A DNA stretch of 28,420 nt from a virus. Lineage: Duplodnaviria; Caudoviricetes. The stretch is from the IMG/VR virus record IMGVR_UViG_3300008252_000098, positions 1 to 28,420 of that record, one strand, 5' to 3'. This document shows positions 7,375 through 16,697 of this stretch, one piece after another (within the stretch, counting starts at the first letter, position 1; the number at the start of each line of letters is the position of its first letter). The notes beneath the pieces are model-generated. The model searched no databases. It saw only the letters and a list, made by a program, of their open reading frames with translations, and was not told the DNA's origin. The position numbers and the translations under genes are program-made.

Positions 7375-8323
7375 GAGCAAGAATAGCACAGCGGTATCTA
7401 ATGTCATCCCCTTCAAGTTTGAAGCCCGTGAAGTCCGTACCATGCTGATCGAGGATCAACCTTGGTTTGTGGCTGCCGATGTGTGCGTGTCGCTGGCTAT
7501 CGGCAACGTATCGCTGGCAGTCAACGGCCGCGCAGATCGCAGCTCCGATGGCCTGGATGAAGACGAGAAGGGTATTGCCACTGTCAATACCCCCTCCGGC
7601 GCACAGGAAATGCTGGTGGTTAATGAATCTGGCTTGTATGCGCTGATCTTCAAAAGCCGCAAGGCCGAGGCCAAGCGCTTCAAGAAGTGGGTCACTGCAG
7701 AAGTCCTGCCAGCCATCCGCAAGCATGGGCGCTATGAGGATCGCCGCAACACCATGTGCACCTTGATCGGTCAGACCATCGGCACCGATGGCTTTCACTG
7801 CTTGGCTGCTGTACTGGACGGCAAGGTTCGCCATCTGCCCGCACCAGCACGCAAACGGGCTAAGCAGCACGTGTGGTCGCAGGTGCATAAGGCGTTCAGC
7901 GTGGTGTCGGCGCAGGATATTCCTTCTGACCAGATGGACGGGGCGCGCAACTTCATTGCCGCCTACGCAATTGAAGGCGAATGGCTTGGCAAGGAGAAGC
8001 CAGCAGCACCTAAGCCGCCGCTGAATATTCACTACCCGCTTGATGCGCTGACTTGCCGCCGGCCTGGAATGTTGACGCCATTCAACGCGAACCACGAGAC
8101 ACTTCAGGTCACCCTGGAAGACTTGAGCAGCCCACGCACTTCGTTCTGCGAAATGATACTTTCAGAGCTGAGCCGCAACGGATACGCAGTAGAGGCGGCC
8201 TGGTGGGAATTTCGAACGTACCGGAACAAGTTCGAGGCGTTTCGGGGATTGGTGCACAACCTCGGAAGCACCATTGAGGAGCCGCAGAATTACGTGGTGA
8301 ACCGAAACCCGTTGCCAGCTTAA
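7373..8323 (+). CDS. Phage antirepressor, Bro-N domain with P22 Ant-like C-terminal region
   Basis: RBS GAGGAG; PWFVAADVC, TPSGAQEMLVVNESGLYALIFKSRKAEAKRFKKWVTAEVLPAIRKHGRY. Confidence 0.9.
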   Translation: MSKNSTAVSNVIPFKFEAREVRTMLIEDQPWFVAADVCVSLAIGNVSLAVNGRADRSSDGLDEDEKGIATVNTPSGAQEMLVVNESGLYALIFKSRKAEAKRFKKWVTAEVLPAIRKHGRYEDRRNTMCTLIGQTIGTDGFHCLAAVLDGKVRHLPAPARKRAKQHVWSQVHKAFSVVSAQDIPSDQMDGARNFIAAYAIEGEWLGKEKPAAPKPPLNIHYPLDALTCRRPGMLTPFNANHETLQVTLEDLSSPRTSFCEMILSELSRNGYAVEAAWWEFRTYRNKFEAFRGLVHNLGSTIEEPQNYVVNRNPLPA

Positions 8324-8340
8324 GCCTCAACCAACCCACC

Positions 8341-8363
8341 AAACCCAGCACAGACTGGGTTTT
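8341..8363 (+). terminator. Hairpin/terminator after antirepressor
   Basis: AAACCCAG-cacaga-CTGGGTTT T. Confidence 0.55.
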
Positions 8364-8412
8364 GGTGCTGGCCTGGGGTACATTCTCCCTGTCTATCAGG
8401 GAGGAATGTCGC

Positions 8413-9000
8413 ATGCTTAAGAAAGTGTCTGCTTTGGTCGCATTCGCGCTCATTGCTGGGTGCAGTACAAACCGAATGCCTGAGCTCAGTCGTTATGACG
8501 CGAAATTTCAGCCGTGGTCATCCGCAGAGTCTGTAAACGCTGTATCTTTCATCAGGTCTGGCGCACCGGGCAGCCTACCCCTTTGCGTGGCCTTGGTGGT
8601 TAGCAACTCGGGGGAAACGCTGTCTGACTCGAGTAACAGCTTCTTCGGCGCTTACACTGGGAATTACTACAGTCTTGAAAAGTCCGTTCAAGTCGGCGGA
8701 GGCAATGTACTCCAATATGTTGCGCCGGATAACAACTCCCTCGTGGCTGAAGGGGCTGTTCGCTATGAGGTTAGCTCGTTAGTCACGCGGTCGGTGCGTT
8801 ATAAGCTTTCTGCTAGCCAGCTAGATGGTGGACGCTCTTATGTCTTTAGTGACCTGGCTCAAGCGCAGATTAATAGTGGTGCCGCCTCAAACACAGGGTA
8901 TGGACCTGTTGGTTCTTGGAGCGGTGCAAACCCCGACCTGGCTTTGCAATCGCTGGAAAGAGTCGCTGACGAAATAGAAAGATGTCTGGCTCAGCAGTAA
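8413..9000 (+). CDS. Moron-encoded lipoprotein of unknown function
   Basis: RBS GGAGG; signal MLKKVSALVAFALIAG-C (lipobox); visibly more AT-rich codons than flanks; followed by its own terminator. Confidence 0.8.
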   Translation: MLKKVSALVAFALIAGCSTNRMPELSRYDAKFQPWSSAESVNAVSFIRSGAPGSLPLCVALVVSNSGETLSDSSNSFFGAYTGNYYSLEKSVQVGGGNVLQYVAPDNNSLVAEGAVRYEVSSLVTRSVRYKLSASQLDGGRSYVFSDLAQAQINSGAASNTGYGPVGSWSGANPDLALQSLERVADEIERCLAQQ

Positions 9001-9016
9001 CTTTTAAATGAATACG

Positions 9017-9040
9017 AAACCCGCCTATGCGGGTTTTTTT
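9017..9040 (+). terminator. Intrinsic terminator after moron
   Basis: AAACCCGC-ctat-GCGGGTTT TTTT. Confidence 0.8.
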
Positions 9041-9056
9041 ATGCCTGGAGAAAAGC

Positions 9057-11387
9057 ATGGCAGGTAAGAGCCTCGGAACGCTGACGCTGGATCTGGTTGC
9101 CAGGACCGGTAATTTCACCGGCCCAATGGACAAGGCGGCACGGCAGACCAAGAAAAACTCAGACCAGATGGCAAAGGCCGGCAAGGCGGTTGGTATCGGC
9201 ATTGCTGCTGGCGCTACCGCCGCCGCCGCCGGTCTGCTGCTGATGATTCAGCGTGAGCGCGATCTGATCGACCAGCAGGCGAAAACGGCGCAGCAGCTCG
9301 ACACTACCTACGAGAGCATGGCGAACCTGCGCCGCGCGGGTGAGCTTGGCGGGGTGGGGTTCGAAAAGATCGAAACAGCTGGTCGCACGCTCAACACCAA
9401 CATCGGCAAGGCGATTCAGGGGGTTGATGCCCAAGCAAAGGCGTTTGATCGCCTCGGCGTGAGCGCGCAAGAGATTTATGACCTCCCGCTCGATGAGCGC
9501 ATTGCGGTTATCAATCAGGCCTTAATCGAAAATGTACAGGCATCTGAGCGTGGCGCGGTGGCCGCCGATATCTTCGGCTCACGCAACGCCGCGGCCATGC
9601 AGCAGCTTGACCCAGGCACGATTGCGGAAGCCGCTCGGCAGGTCGAAATCTTCGGGCTGAACTTGTCTGACGTTGACGCCGCCAAGGTTGAGATGGCGAA
9701 CGATGCCATGAGCACCATGGGGTTGCTGACTGATGGCGTTGGCAAGCAGCTGACCGTCAAGCTGGCGCCAATCCTCAAGGCCATTGGCGACGAGTTCCTT
9801 CGCAGCGCTGAAGAGGCGGGCGGTCTGGGTCAGGTTGTCTCCGATGTGGTCGATTCCGCGGTGCCTGCAATCGGCTTTGTGATCAGTGCTGCGGACGGCG
9901 TAGCGCGCGGTTTCAGCATTGCCGCCGATACGATTGTTGGCACCTTCGCCACCGCCGAGTTCTGGGTTAACACCATCGGCGCGGAGATCATGGAGATCAT
10001 CGACAATATCCCCGGCATTGATCTGTCGGTGGATGTCGAGTCGATGAGGGCGTCCGCCAGGGTGGCGAAGGGGGTTGCCGCCGAGGCTATGGCCAGCATC
10101 CAGCAGTCTTTGCTTGAGCCGCTGGCTGGTGAGAAGTTCGAGCGGTTCATACGGAATGCTGTAGACGCCGGCAATGAAGCTGCTGAAGCCGTTGTTAAAG
10201 CACGCGAGGTGGCGCACTCAACTGGCGGTGTTTTCAACGAACTGGCTGATGAAGGCGATGAGGCCGCTAAGGCTGCAGCTAAGGCTGCGGATGCAATCCT
10301 GTCCGACATCAGCGCTCTGGAGAAAGCCGCAATCACATGGGGAATGACCGCAGACGAGATAAAGGTGTACGACCTGCAGGTCAAAGGAGCAACGGAGTCA
10401 CAAGTTGAATATGCGCGATCCTTGATAGGTCTGGTCAGCGGCCTAGAGCGCGCCGAAGAGCAGCAGAAGGATTATCTGGCGCTAGTCAAAGAGCTTCGCA
10501 CTGACGAGGAAAAGCTAACCGATACCTTCAACGACAGGATAGCTGTTCTGGACGCTATGTCTGATTCGTATCGGATCAGCAGCGACGAGTACCAGCAGAT
10601 GGTATCGCGGATTGCTGATGCTGCCTTTCCTGATGCGCCGTCATTCTCTGGCCTAGCACCAGAGGTTGGTGGTGCTTTTGGCGAGATCATCAAGATCGAC
10701 GACGCGGAGAAAGAGCTGGAAAAGTGGTACCAGGTGCAGCTGGATATGCTGGAGCAGTATCGGTCAGAGCGCGCAGACTTGACCGAGCAGTGGGATGAAC
10801 AGGAACTGGCGCTTAAACAGGAACACGAAGACCGCCTTGGTCAGATTGAGCAGGCTCGCCAACTGGCCTCACTTTCTGCGACAGAAAGTATATTCGGCGA
10901 TTTATCGGAAATGGCGAAGGTATATGCAGGCGAGCAGTCTTCCCTGTACCGGGCAATGTTTGCTGTGCAAAAGGCCGCCGCCATCGCTCAGTCCATGGTC
11001 GCTATCCAGACCGGCATCGCTATGGCAGCCGCCAATCCGTTCCCGGCAAACCTTGCGGCGATGGCCTCTGTCGCAGCAGCAACGGCCAGCATTGTCGGCA
11101 ATATCGGCGCCATTGGCATGGCCCACGACGGCATCGACTCGATCCCCCAGACCGGCACCTGGCTGCTGGAAAAAGGTGAGCGCGTCACTACCGCCGAGAC
11201 CAGCGCCAAAATGGATCGGGTGCTTGAGGATATCCGCAGCGGGCAGCGGGACGGCCGTGCGGCCGGGCCTGTATCAATCAGCCTCGACCTCAGCGGCATG
11301 AGCGACTCGCGCGAGGTGCGCAGGTCTGAGGCGTCCGTTCGCCGCGCCGTTGCACAGGGTGTGGCACAAGCACAGAGGTATCGTTGA
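9057..11387 (+). CDS. Tail tape measure protein (~776 aa)
   Basis: RBS GGAG; N-terminal SLGTLTLDLVARTGNF; long Ala-rich helical sequence; C-terminal AHDGID.IP.TGTWLLEKGERV. Confidence 0.93.
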   Translation: MAGKSLGTLTLDLVARTGNFTGPMDKAARQTKKNSDQMAKAGKAVGIGIAAGATAAAAGLLLMIQRERDLIDQQAKTAQQLDTTYESMANLRRAGELGGVGFEKIETAGRTLNTNIGKAIQGVDAQAKAFDRLGVSAQEIYDLPLDERIAVINQALIENVQASERGAVAADIFGSRNAAAMQQLDPGTIAEAARQVEIFGLNLSDVDAAKVEMANDAMSTMGLLTDGVGKQLTVKLAPILKAIGDEFLRSAEEAGGLGQVVSDVVDSAVPAIGFVISAADGVARGFSIAADTIVGTFATAEFWVNTIGAEIMEIIDNIPGIDLSVDVESMRASARVAKGVAAEAMASIQQSLLEPLAGEKFERFIRNAVDAGNEAAEAVVKAREVAHSTGGVFNELADEGDEAAKAAAKAADAILSDISALEKAAITWGMTADEIKVYDLQVKGATESQVEYARSLIGLVSGLERAEEQQKDYLALVKELRTDEEKLTDTFNDRIAVLDAMSDSYRISSDEYQQMVSRIADAAFPDAPSFSGLAPEVGGAFGEIIKIDDAEKELEKWYQVQLDMLEQYRSERADLTEQWDEQELALKQEHEDRLGQIEQARQLASLSATESIFGDLSEMAKVYAGEQSSLYRAMFAVQKAAAIAQSMVAIQTGIAMAAANPFPANLAAMASVAAATASIVGNIGAIGMAHDGIDSIPQTGTWLLEKGERVTTAETSAKMDRVLEDIRSGQRDGRAAGPVSISLDLSGMSDSREVRRSEASVRRAVAQGVAQAQRYR

Positions 11388-12265
11388 TGGGTGCGTTCCT
11401 TGAAGAGCGGCTCGATGTGTGCGTGCGCATCGGTGCCGAGGCTGCAGATAGCTACATGCTCGAAGCCAGCACCACGCTGGGTGGCTCCGAGTATGTGTGG
11501 CTGATCAACGGCAAGCCGTACCGCGAGTTTGATGTTGGCTACATCAAGCGCAACAGCGACCTGGCGGAGTCTGTGCTCAGCCTGTACCACCGAACTTACG
11601 GCGGCTATGCAGGGTTCCGCGTGAAGAGCTGGGACGACTACACCACGGCGCTTGACGGGCGCAGCGCCTACACCGCAACAGACTGCACCCTCGACCCGGT
11701 AAGCGATGGCGTTTACCAGCTGGTGAAGGAGTACGGGCGCGACAAGCCAGCGCTGCCGGATATCGGCCGGCCGCGGCGCACCCTGTTTAAACCGGTTGTC
11801 GGTGAGGTCGCGGTATCTGTTGCCGGGCAGGTTCTGCCTGCCGGTCAGTGGTCTGTCGATACCACTACAGGCAGAGTGACGATGGCGGCCAACAAGATCC
11901 GCGCCATCACTGCGATCACGCAGGCCGCGCAGGCGGTACTGACTGTCGGAACTAATACGTTTCTGGTCGGCGAGTCTGTGGTCATCAGTGCGGTTGTTGG
12001 GATGACGCAGATTAACAACCTGCGCGCTTTGGTAACCGACAAGCCCAGCAGCACTCAGATCACCGTGGCTATCGACTCTACTGCGTTCAGCGCATACGTG
12101 AGCGGCGGCAGCGTGCAAACCCGCCCGTTGGCGGGTGAGGTGGTCGCCGGCGGCTGTGAGTTTGATATTCCCTGCCGGTTCAGTTCCACGTTCTCGGTGA
12201 CCGCTCTGGACCCGCGCCACCGCGAAGTTGCAAACCTGAGCCTGCGCGAGCTGCTCTCCCCCTGA
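11387..12265 (+). CDS. Distal tail protein (DUF2460/GTA g12-like) with inserted beta-rich domain
   Basis: FLEERL, GFRVKSWDDY, YQLVKEY, RTLFKPV.G.V, VDTTTGRVT, GCEFDIPCRF. Confidence 0.8.
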   Translation: MGAFLEERLDVCVRIGAEAADSYMLEASTTLGGSEYVWLINGKPYREFDVGYIKRNSDLAESVLSLYHRTYGGYAGFRVKSWDDYTTALDGRSAYTATDCTLDPVSDGVYQLVKEYGRDKPALPDIGRPRRTLFKPVVGEVAVSVAGQVLPAGQWSVDTTTGRVTMAANKIRAITAITQAAQAVLTVGTNTFLVGESVVISAVVGMTQINNLRALVTDKPSSTQITVAIDSTAFSAYVSGGSVQTRPLAGEVVAGGCEFDIPCRFSSTFSVTALDPRHREVANLSLRELLSP

Positions 12266-12277
12266 TAAGGCTTCAAC

Positions 12278-13165
12278 ATGAAATCACACGTCGCCGATTA
12301 CCGGACGCGGGTTTACTGCGCCCGGATTGAGCCCGTGGGCAACCAGCCGATTGTCAGGCTGACCAGCTACCCCACGGCGCTGAAGATGAGCAACGCCGCC
12401 GTCTACCACGCCACCAGCGGGTATGAGTTCTCCGGCCTGAGCGCCACAGCGGATATGTCCGGCAGCGGTGTAGACCTGGACGGCATTCTGCAGGCCGGCG
12501 GTATCTCGCTCGATGACCTGCAGGTGGGCGCGTATGACAACGCCCGGGTCTACGTCTTCGCCACCAGCTGGTCCGCGCCGATTGAGGATGAAGAGCCGCT
12601 TTCGCTGCTGTTCTTCGGCAAGGTGGACATCACCGATCACAAGTACCGCGTGCAGCTGATGAGCGCGATTGATGTGCTGAGCCAGAAGGTGGGGCGCAAC
12701 TACAGCCCCTCATGCCCCTGGACGCTGTTCGATCAGCACTTGGGGGGCAACCTGATCGCCACCAGCCGCAGTCGCTGCACCGGGCCGCGCGCTGATCCGG
12801 ACGGGCCGCAGATGGCCGACTATCTGGTGACCGGTACGCTCACAGCGGTGGCCAGCCAGTACCAGTTCACTGACAGCGGCAGGGCAGAGGCGGACGACTG
12901 GTTCGGTTACGGCGAGATCCTGTTCACCACCGGTGCCAACGCTGGGCTCAAGCCGTTTCAGATCAAGGTGTTCGCCAGTGGCGCATTCACCCTGCATGAG
13001 GCGCTGCCATACCCGCCACAGGTTGGCGATGAGTACCAGGCCATTCCGGGTTGCCGCAAGCGGCTGGAAGACTGCCGCGGCAAGTTCGGCAACGCCATCA
13101 ACTTCGGCGGGCAGCCACACGTGCCCAGCAAGACCGTATACAGCCAGCGAGGACGCGGAGCATGA
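12278..13165 (+). CDS. Baseplate hub protein (DUF2163/BR0599, GTA g13-like)
   Basis: GAYDNARV, CPWTLFD...C, FTTGANAG, PGCRKRLEDC..KFGNAINFGGQPHVP Cys cluster. Confidence 0.88.
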   Translation: MKSHVADYRTRVYCARIEPVGNQPIVRLTSYPTALKMSNAAVYHATSGYEFSGLSATADMSGSGVDLDGILQAGGISLDDLQVGAYDNARVYVFATSWSAPIEDEEPLSLLFFGKVDITDHKYRVQLMSAIDVLSQKVGRNYSPSCPWTLFDQHLGGNLIATSRSRCTGPRADPDGPQMADYLVTGTLTAVASQYQFTDSGRAEADDWFGYGEILFTTGANAGLKPFQIKVFASGAFTLHEALPYPPQVGDEYQAIPGCRKRLEDCRGKFGNAINFGGQPHVPSKTVYSQRGRGA

Positions 13166-13587
13166 CGCCAGACGACATCATTGCCGCGGCCATGGAGTGC
13201 GAGCACACGCCGTTCCGGCATCAGGGGCGCGTACCCGGTGTCGGGCTGGACTGCGCCGGACTGCTGGTGCACTGCTTCAAGCGGCTGGGGTTGGAGTACC
13301 GGGACGAATATGGCTACCCACGTCAGCCGTATGACGGCCAGCTGCAGAAGATCCTCAACGCACAGCCATCGCTACAGTCAATCCCTGTCGCGGAAGCTGG
13401 AGCAGGGGACTGGCTGATCATGCGCATGTCGCGCGACCCGCAGCACATTGCCCTGCACGCAGGGTTCGAGCGTGGGCACGCCTACATCATTCACAGCACG
13501 TCAGAGTCCGGTCGCGTGGTTCGCCACCGGCTCGACGCACTCAATCGCGCCCGGGTGACCGGCGCCTACAGGATGGTCTCTGCATGA
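13162..13587 (+). CDS. NlpC/P60 tail-associated peptidase (GTA g14-like)
   Basis: RBS GGAG, ATGA overlap; TPFRHQGRVPGVGLDCAGL, QHIAL, IIHS catalytic Cys/His/His. Confidence 0.9.
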   Translation: MTPDDIIAAAMECEHTPFRHQGRVPGVGLDCAGLLVHCFKRLGLEYRDEYGYPRQPYDGQLQKILNAQPSLQSIPVAEAGAGDWLIMRMSRDPQHIALHAGFERGHAYIIHSTSESGRVVRHRLDALNRARVTGAYRMVSA

Positions 13588-16500
13588 GTTCCAATGTTCT
13601 CGGCGCTGTAGTTGGCGGAGCGGTCGGCTTTCTGGTGGGCGGGCCTACCGGCGCGCTGATCGGCGCTGGCATCGGCCTGGCAGGCAGCGCGCTGGTAGGT
13701 GGTTTGGGTGTTGGCTACGACGGCCCGCGCCTGTCTGATCTGAGCATCCAGACCAGCACCTATGGCGCAGACATTCCGCGCGTCTACGGCACTATCGTCG
13801 TCAGTGGCAACGTCCTGTGGCTGGAGAACAACAAGCTGCGCGAGCGCAAAAGCGACGGCGGCGGCAAGGGCGGTGGGGCAAGTGCTGCGGACGAATACAC
13901 CTATTACGCCACATTCCACCTCGGCCTGGCCGACTGCCCGGACATTCCGATTCACGGCATCCGCCGGATCTGGTGCTCGGACAAGCTGCTGTACGACGCA
14001 GGAGCGTCTGACCTCAGCACCATCATCGCCAGCGGCGTGTTCCGCACGAACAAATGGACGTTCTATCCGGGCTCTGATGATCAGCAACCCAGCGCGCGGT
14101 ATCAGGCGGACGTGGGCGTCGATAACGCCACCGCCCATCGTGCCATCGCGTACATCGAATACCGCAACCTGGAGCTGACCGACTTCGGCAACACGCTGGA
14201 GGGCGCGCAGTTCCGCGTTGAGCTGGTGGTGCCGGAGGCGAAGGAAGCCCCGGTGTATATGTACAACCGGTCGATGGTTGGGGAGGTCGTGTACTCGGAT
14301 GAGGCGATTGTGCAGACGGCGGAGGCACAGACCGGCTTCTTTAGCGAAGGAGTATATTACGGCTCAGTTCGGTTCCGCACGTATGATCATTCCGGCAGAT
14401 TGATTCGGTCCGTTGTTAAGTCGGCATCGGTTCCAGTTGAGGGGGTTCAAAGCTTAGTTTTTTATTGGTCGCTTTATCTGAGGGGTGTGCAGAGCAGCAT
14501 GTTCGTTTACCGCCAGGACGGCACGAAAACCTGCAGGGGTGCAATCGATGGCGACGTGGATTTGTGGCCGCCGGATGCGCCTGTGGGGTATATCCGCACC
14601 TCGTTCGGTGATTTCCTACCAGCGGCTGACGCAATCCGGGTGCATAGAGGCGGGCAGTTCTCCTCTATCTCTTTCTCGGGGGTTCGTCACACAGACCTGC
14701 AGGTTTTAGAGTCAGCCGGGCGGCTGTTTGCCCGGTTTGTTAGGCCAGCGGAAAACGCGCTGTGTTTTGCCGAGCTGGATACTGACGGGTTCGGGATAAT
14801 TTGGGAGTCGCAGCTCGGCACTGGTGACACATGGACCTTGGCCTCGCGGTTTGCAATCAGCGAAAGCCGCGTTTTTGTTAACGCGGCAGATCTGGCGCTA
14901 GTGTACGACATAGCGCAGTCGGGGGTATCTGTAGCAGGGTCCGCTGCGCTGCAGGGGGTCTCTGCGACGTATGCTGTTGCCCCCGGTTTCGGCATGACCG
15001 CAGCGGGCCGCGTCTATCAGATGACCGACCGAGGCGGCGCCGGCTATGAGGATCTGGCCGACGTTGTTGTCCGCGAAGTCGAGCGCTCAGCGCTGCTCAC
15101 AGCAGATGACGTAGACGTGTCGTTACTCACCGGTCAGACGCGGGGTTATCGCGTCAGCGGCGGCTCAATCCGATCAGCGCTGGACCCGCTGGCCACCGCA
15201 CACCAGTTCGCAATCATCCAAGACGGCTACAAGCTCAAGGTGGTGCCGCGCGGGCAGGGCAGCGTGCTGACCGTCCCCTATGAGGATATGGGCGCCACCA
15301 ACGGCGACCAGCCGAAGGACGTATTCAAGCGCGGGCGGGAAATGGACAGCCAGCTGCCGGCGAAAACAACCGTCAAATACCTGGACGTCGCTCGCGAGTA
15401 CGACATCGGCGAGCAGTCATCGACCCGCATCAATACCGAGGCCGTCAACGAAGAGGAGATCGAGCTGGCAATGGTGCTCACTGCCGATGAAGGCGCCGGC
15501 ATCGCCGAGGTGCTGCGCGGCCGTGCGTGGCTGGATCGCGACAGCTACGAGTTCAGCCTGCCGCCGACCTATTTGGCGCTGCAGCCGGGTGACGTGTTCA
15601 CCCAGCAAACACCGGATGCGGACTACGAGGTCTACATCAACGAGATCGAGTACACGCAGGACGGTCGCGTAGAGATCAAAGGCACGCCCAACGCGGCCTC
15701 GGTTTTCACCCCGAATGCATCCGGCGGTGAGGGCACACTTCCGGACGGCGTGATCGGCATTGCAGGCCCCACTGTGTTTGTGCCGCTGGACATCCCGGTC
15801 GTAGATGAGACGTACCAAAATCAGCTCGGTTTCGTCGGCGTGATGACGGGCTACACCTATGGCTGGCCTGGTGGTGTGCTGTACCGCTCTGGCGACAACG
15901 GCCAGACGTGGCTTGATATTGAGGCGTGGAATACCAAGTGCACAATCGGCACAGCGGCGGATGTGCTGAGTGCTCACGACGGCTATCTTATCGACCAGTC
16001 TGAACTGCCGGTGCTGGTTATCAGCGGTGAACTGGAAAGCATCACCCGCGGCCAGATGCTGACTGGCGCGAACTACGCGGCATACGGGGCGGACGGGCGA
16101 TGGGAGATCGTACGGTTCCAGAATGCAGTGCTGCAGGCGGACGGTAGTTACACGCTGTCTGGGCTTGTGCGCGGTGACCGTGGCACAGAGTGGGCGACCG
16201 GTCTGCATGAGGTGGGCGACTGGTTCATCTTGCTGACCGACCCTGACAACGTCTTTATCAGCATGGCGTCCGAGTCGCTGACGCTGGAGCGGCTCTACCG
16301 AGGCATCACCAATCGCGCGGCACTGGATACTGGCGACAACGTGAGTTTCGCGTACCAGGGCGTCAATTTGGAACCGCTCAGTCCTGTGCATGCGCGGGCC
16401 ACCCGCGACGGCAGCAGTAACCTGTCGGCAACCTTTGTCCGTCGAAGTCGTCTTTCCAGTAGCTGGTGGTCTACGGGAGTCGTAGCGCCGGTCGGGGAGT

Positions 16501-16697
16501 ACGCAGAGGCATACGAGATCGACGTTATCGATGGCAGTAGCGTAATGCGCACGATTGACTCCAGCACCGCGGGTTTCAGCTATTCCGCTGCGGACCAGAC
16601 AATTGATTTTGGCTCCCCTCAATTATCCATTACTTTCCGCATCTATCAGCTCAGTGAGGTGGTAGGGCGTGGCTATGTTCGCGAGGTAACACTGTGA
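13584..16697 (+). CDS. Central tail tip/host specificity protein (GTA g15 megatron-like)
   Basis: GPRLSDL.IQTSTYGADIPRVYG, RIW..DKL, AHRAIAY, LQPGD, WEIVRFQNA, LVRGDRGTE, YEIDV. Confidence 0.88.
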   Translation: MSSNVLGAVVGGAVGFLVGGPTGALIGAGIGLAGSALVGGLGVGYDGPRLSDLSIQTSTYGADIPRVYGTIVVSGNVLWLENNKLRERKSDGGGKGGGASAADEYTYYATFHLGLADCPDIPIHGIRRIWCSDKLLYDAGASDLSTIIASGVFRTNKWTFYPGSDDQQPSARYQADVGVDNATAHRAIAYIEYRNLELTDFGNTLEGAQFRVELVVPEAKEAPVYMYNRSMVGEVVYSDEAIVQTAEAQTGFFSEGVYYGSVRFRTYDHSGRLIRSVVKSASVPVEGVQSLVFYWSLYLRGVQSSMFVYRQDGTKTCRGAIDGDVDLWPPDAPVGYIRTSFGDFLPAADAIRVHRGGQFSSISFSGVRHTDLQVLESAGRLFARFVRPAENALCFAELDTDGFGIIWESQLGTGDTWTLASRFAISESRVFVNAADLALVYDIAQSGVSVAGSAALQGVSATYAVAPGFGMTAAGRVYQMTDRGGAGYEDLADVVVREVERSALLTADDVDVSLLTGQTRGYRVSGGSIRSALDPLATAHQFAIIQDGYKLKVVPRGQGSVLTVPYEDMGATNGDQPKDVFKRGREMDSQLPAKTTVKYLDVAREYDIGEQSSTRINTEAVNEEEIELAMVLTADEGAGIAEVLRGRAWLDRDSYEFSLPPTYLALQPGDVFTQQTPDADYEVYINEIEYTQDGRVEIKGTPNAASVFTPNASGGEGTLPDGVIGIAGPTVFVPLDIPVVDETYQNQLGFVGVMTGYTYGWPGGVLYRSGDNGQTWLDIEAWNTKCTIGTAADVLSAHDGYLIDQSELPVLVISGELESITRGQMLTGANYAAYGADGRWEIVRFQNAVLQADGSYTLSGLVRGDRGTEWATGLHEVGDWFILLTDPDNVFISMASESLTLERLYRGITNRAALDTGDNVSFAYQGVNLEPLSPVHARATRDGSSNLSATFVRRSRLSSSWWSTGVVAPVGEYAEAYEIDVIDGSSVMRTIDSSTAGFSYSAADQTIDFGSPQLSITFRIYQLSEVVGRGYVREVTL

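Noticed and set aside
11387-16697. Gene transfer agent
   Set aside because: GTA-like tail tip genes are common in siphoviruses; att site, antirepressor, acr and long tape measure indicate a prophage
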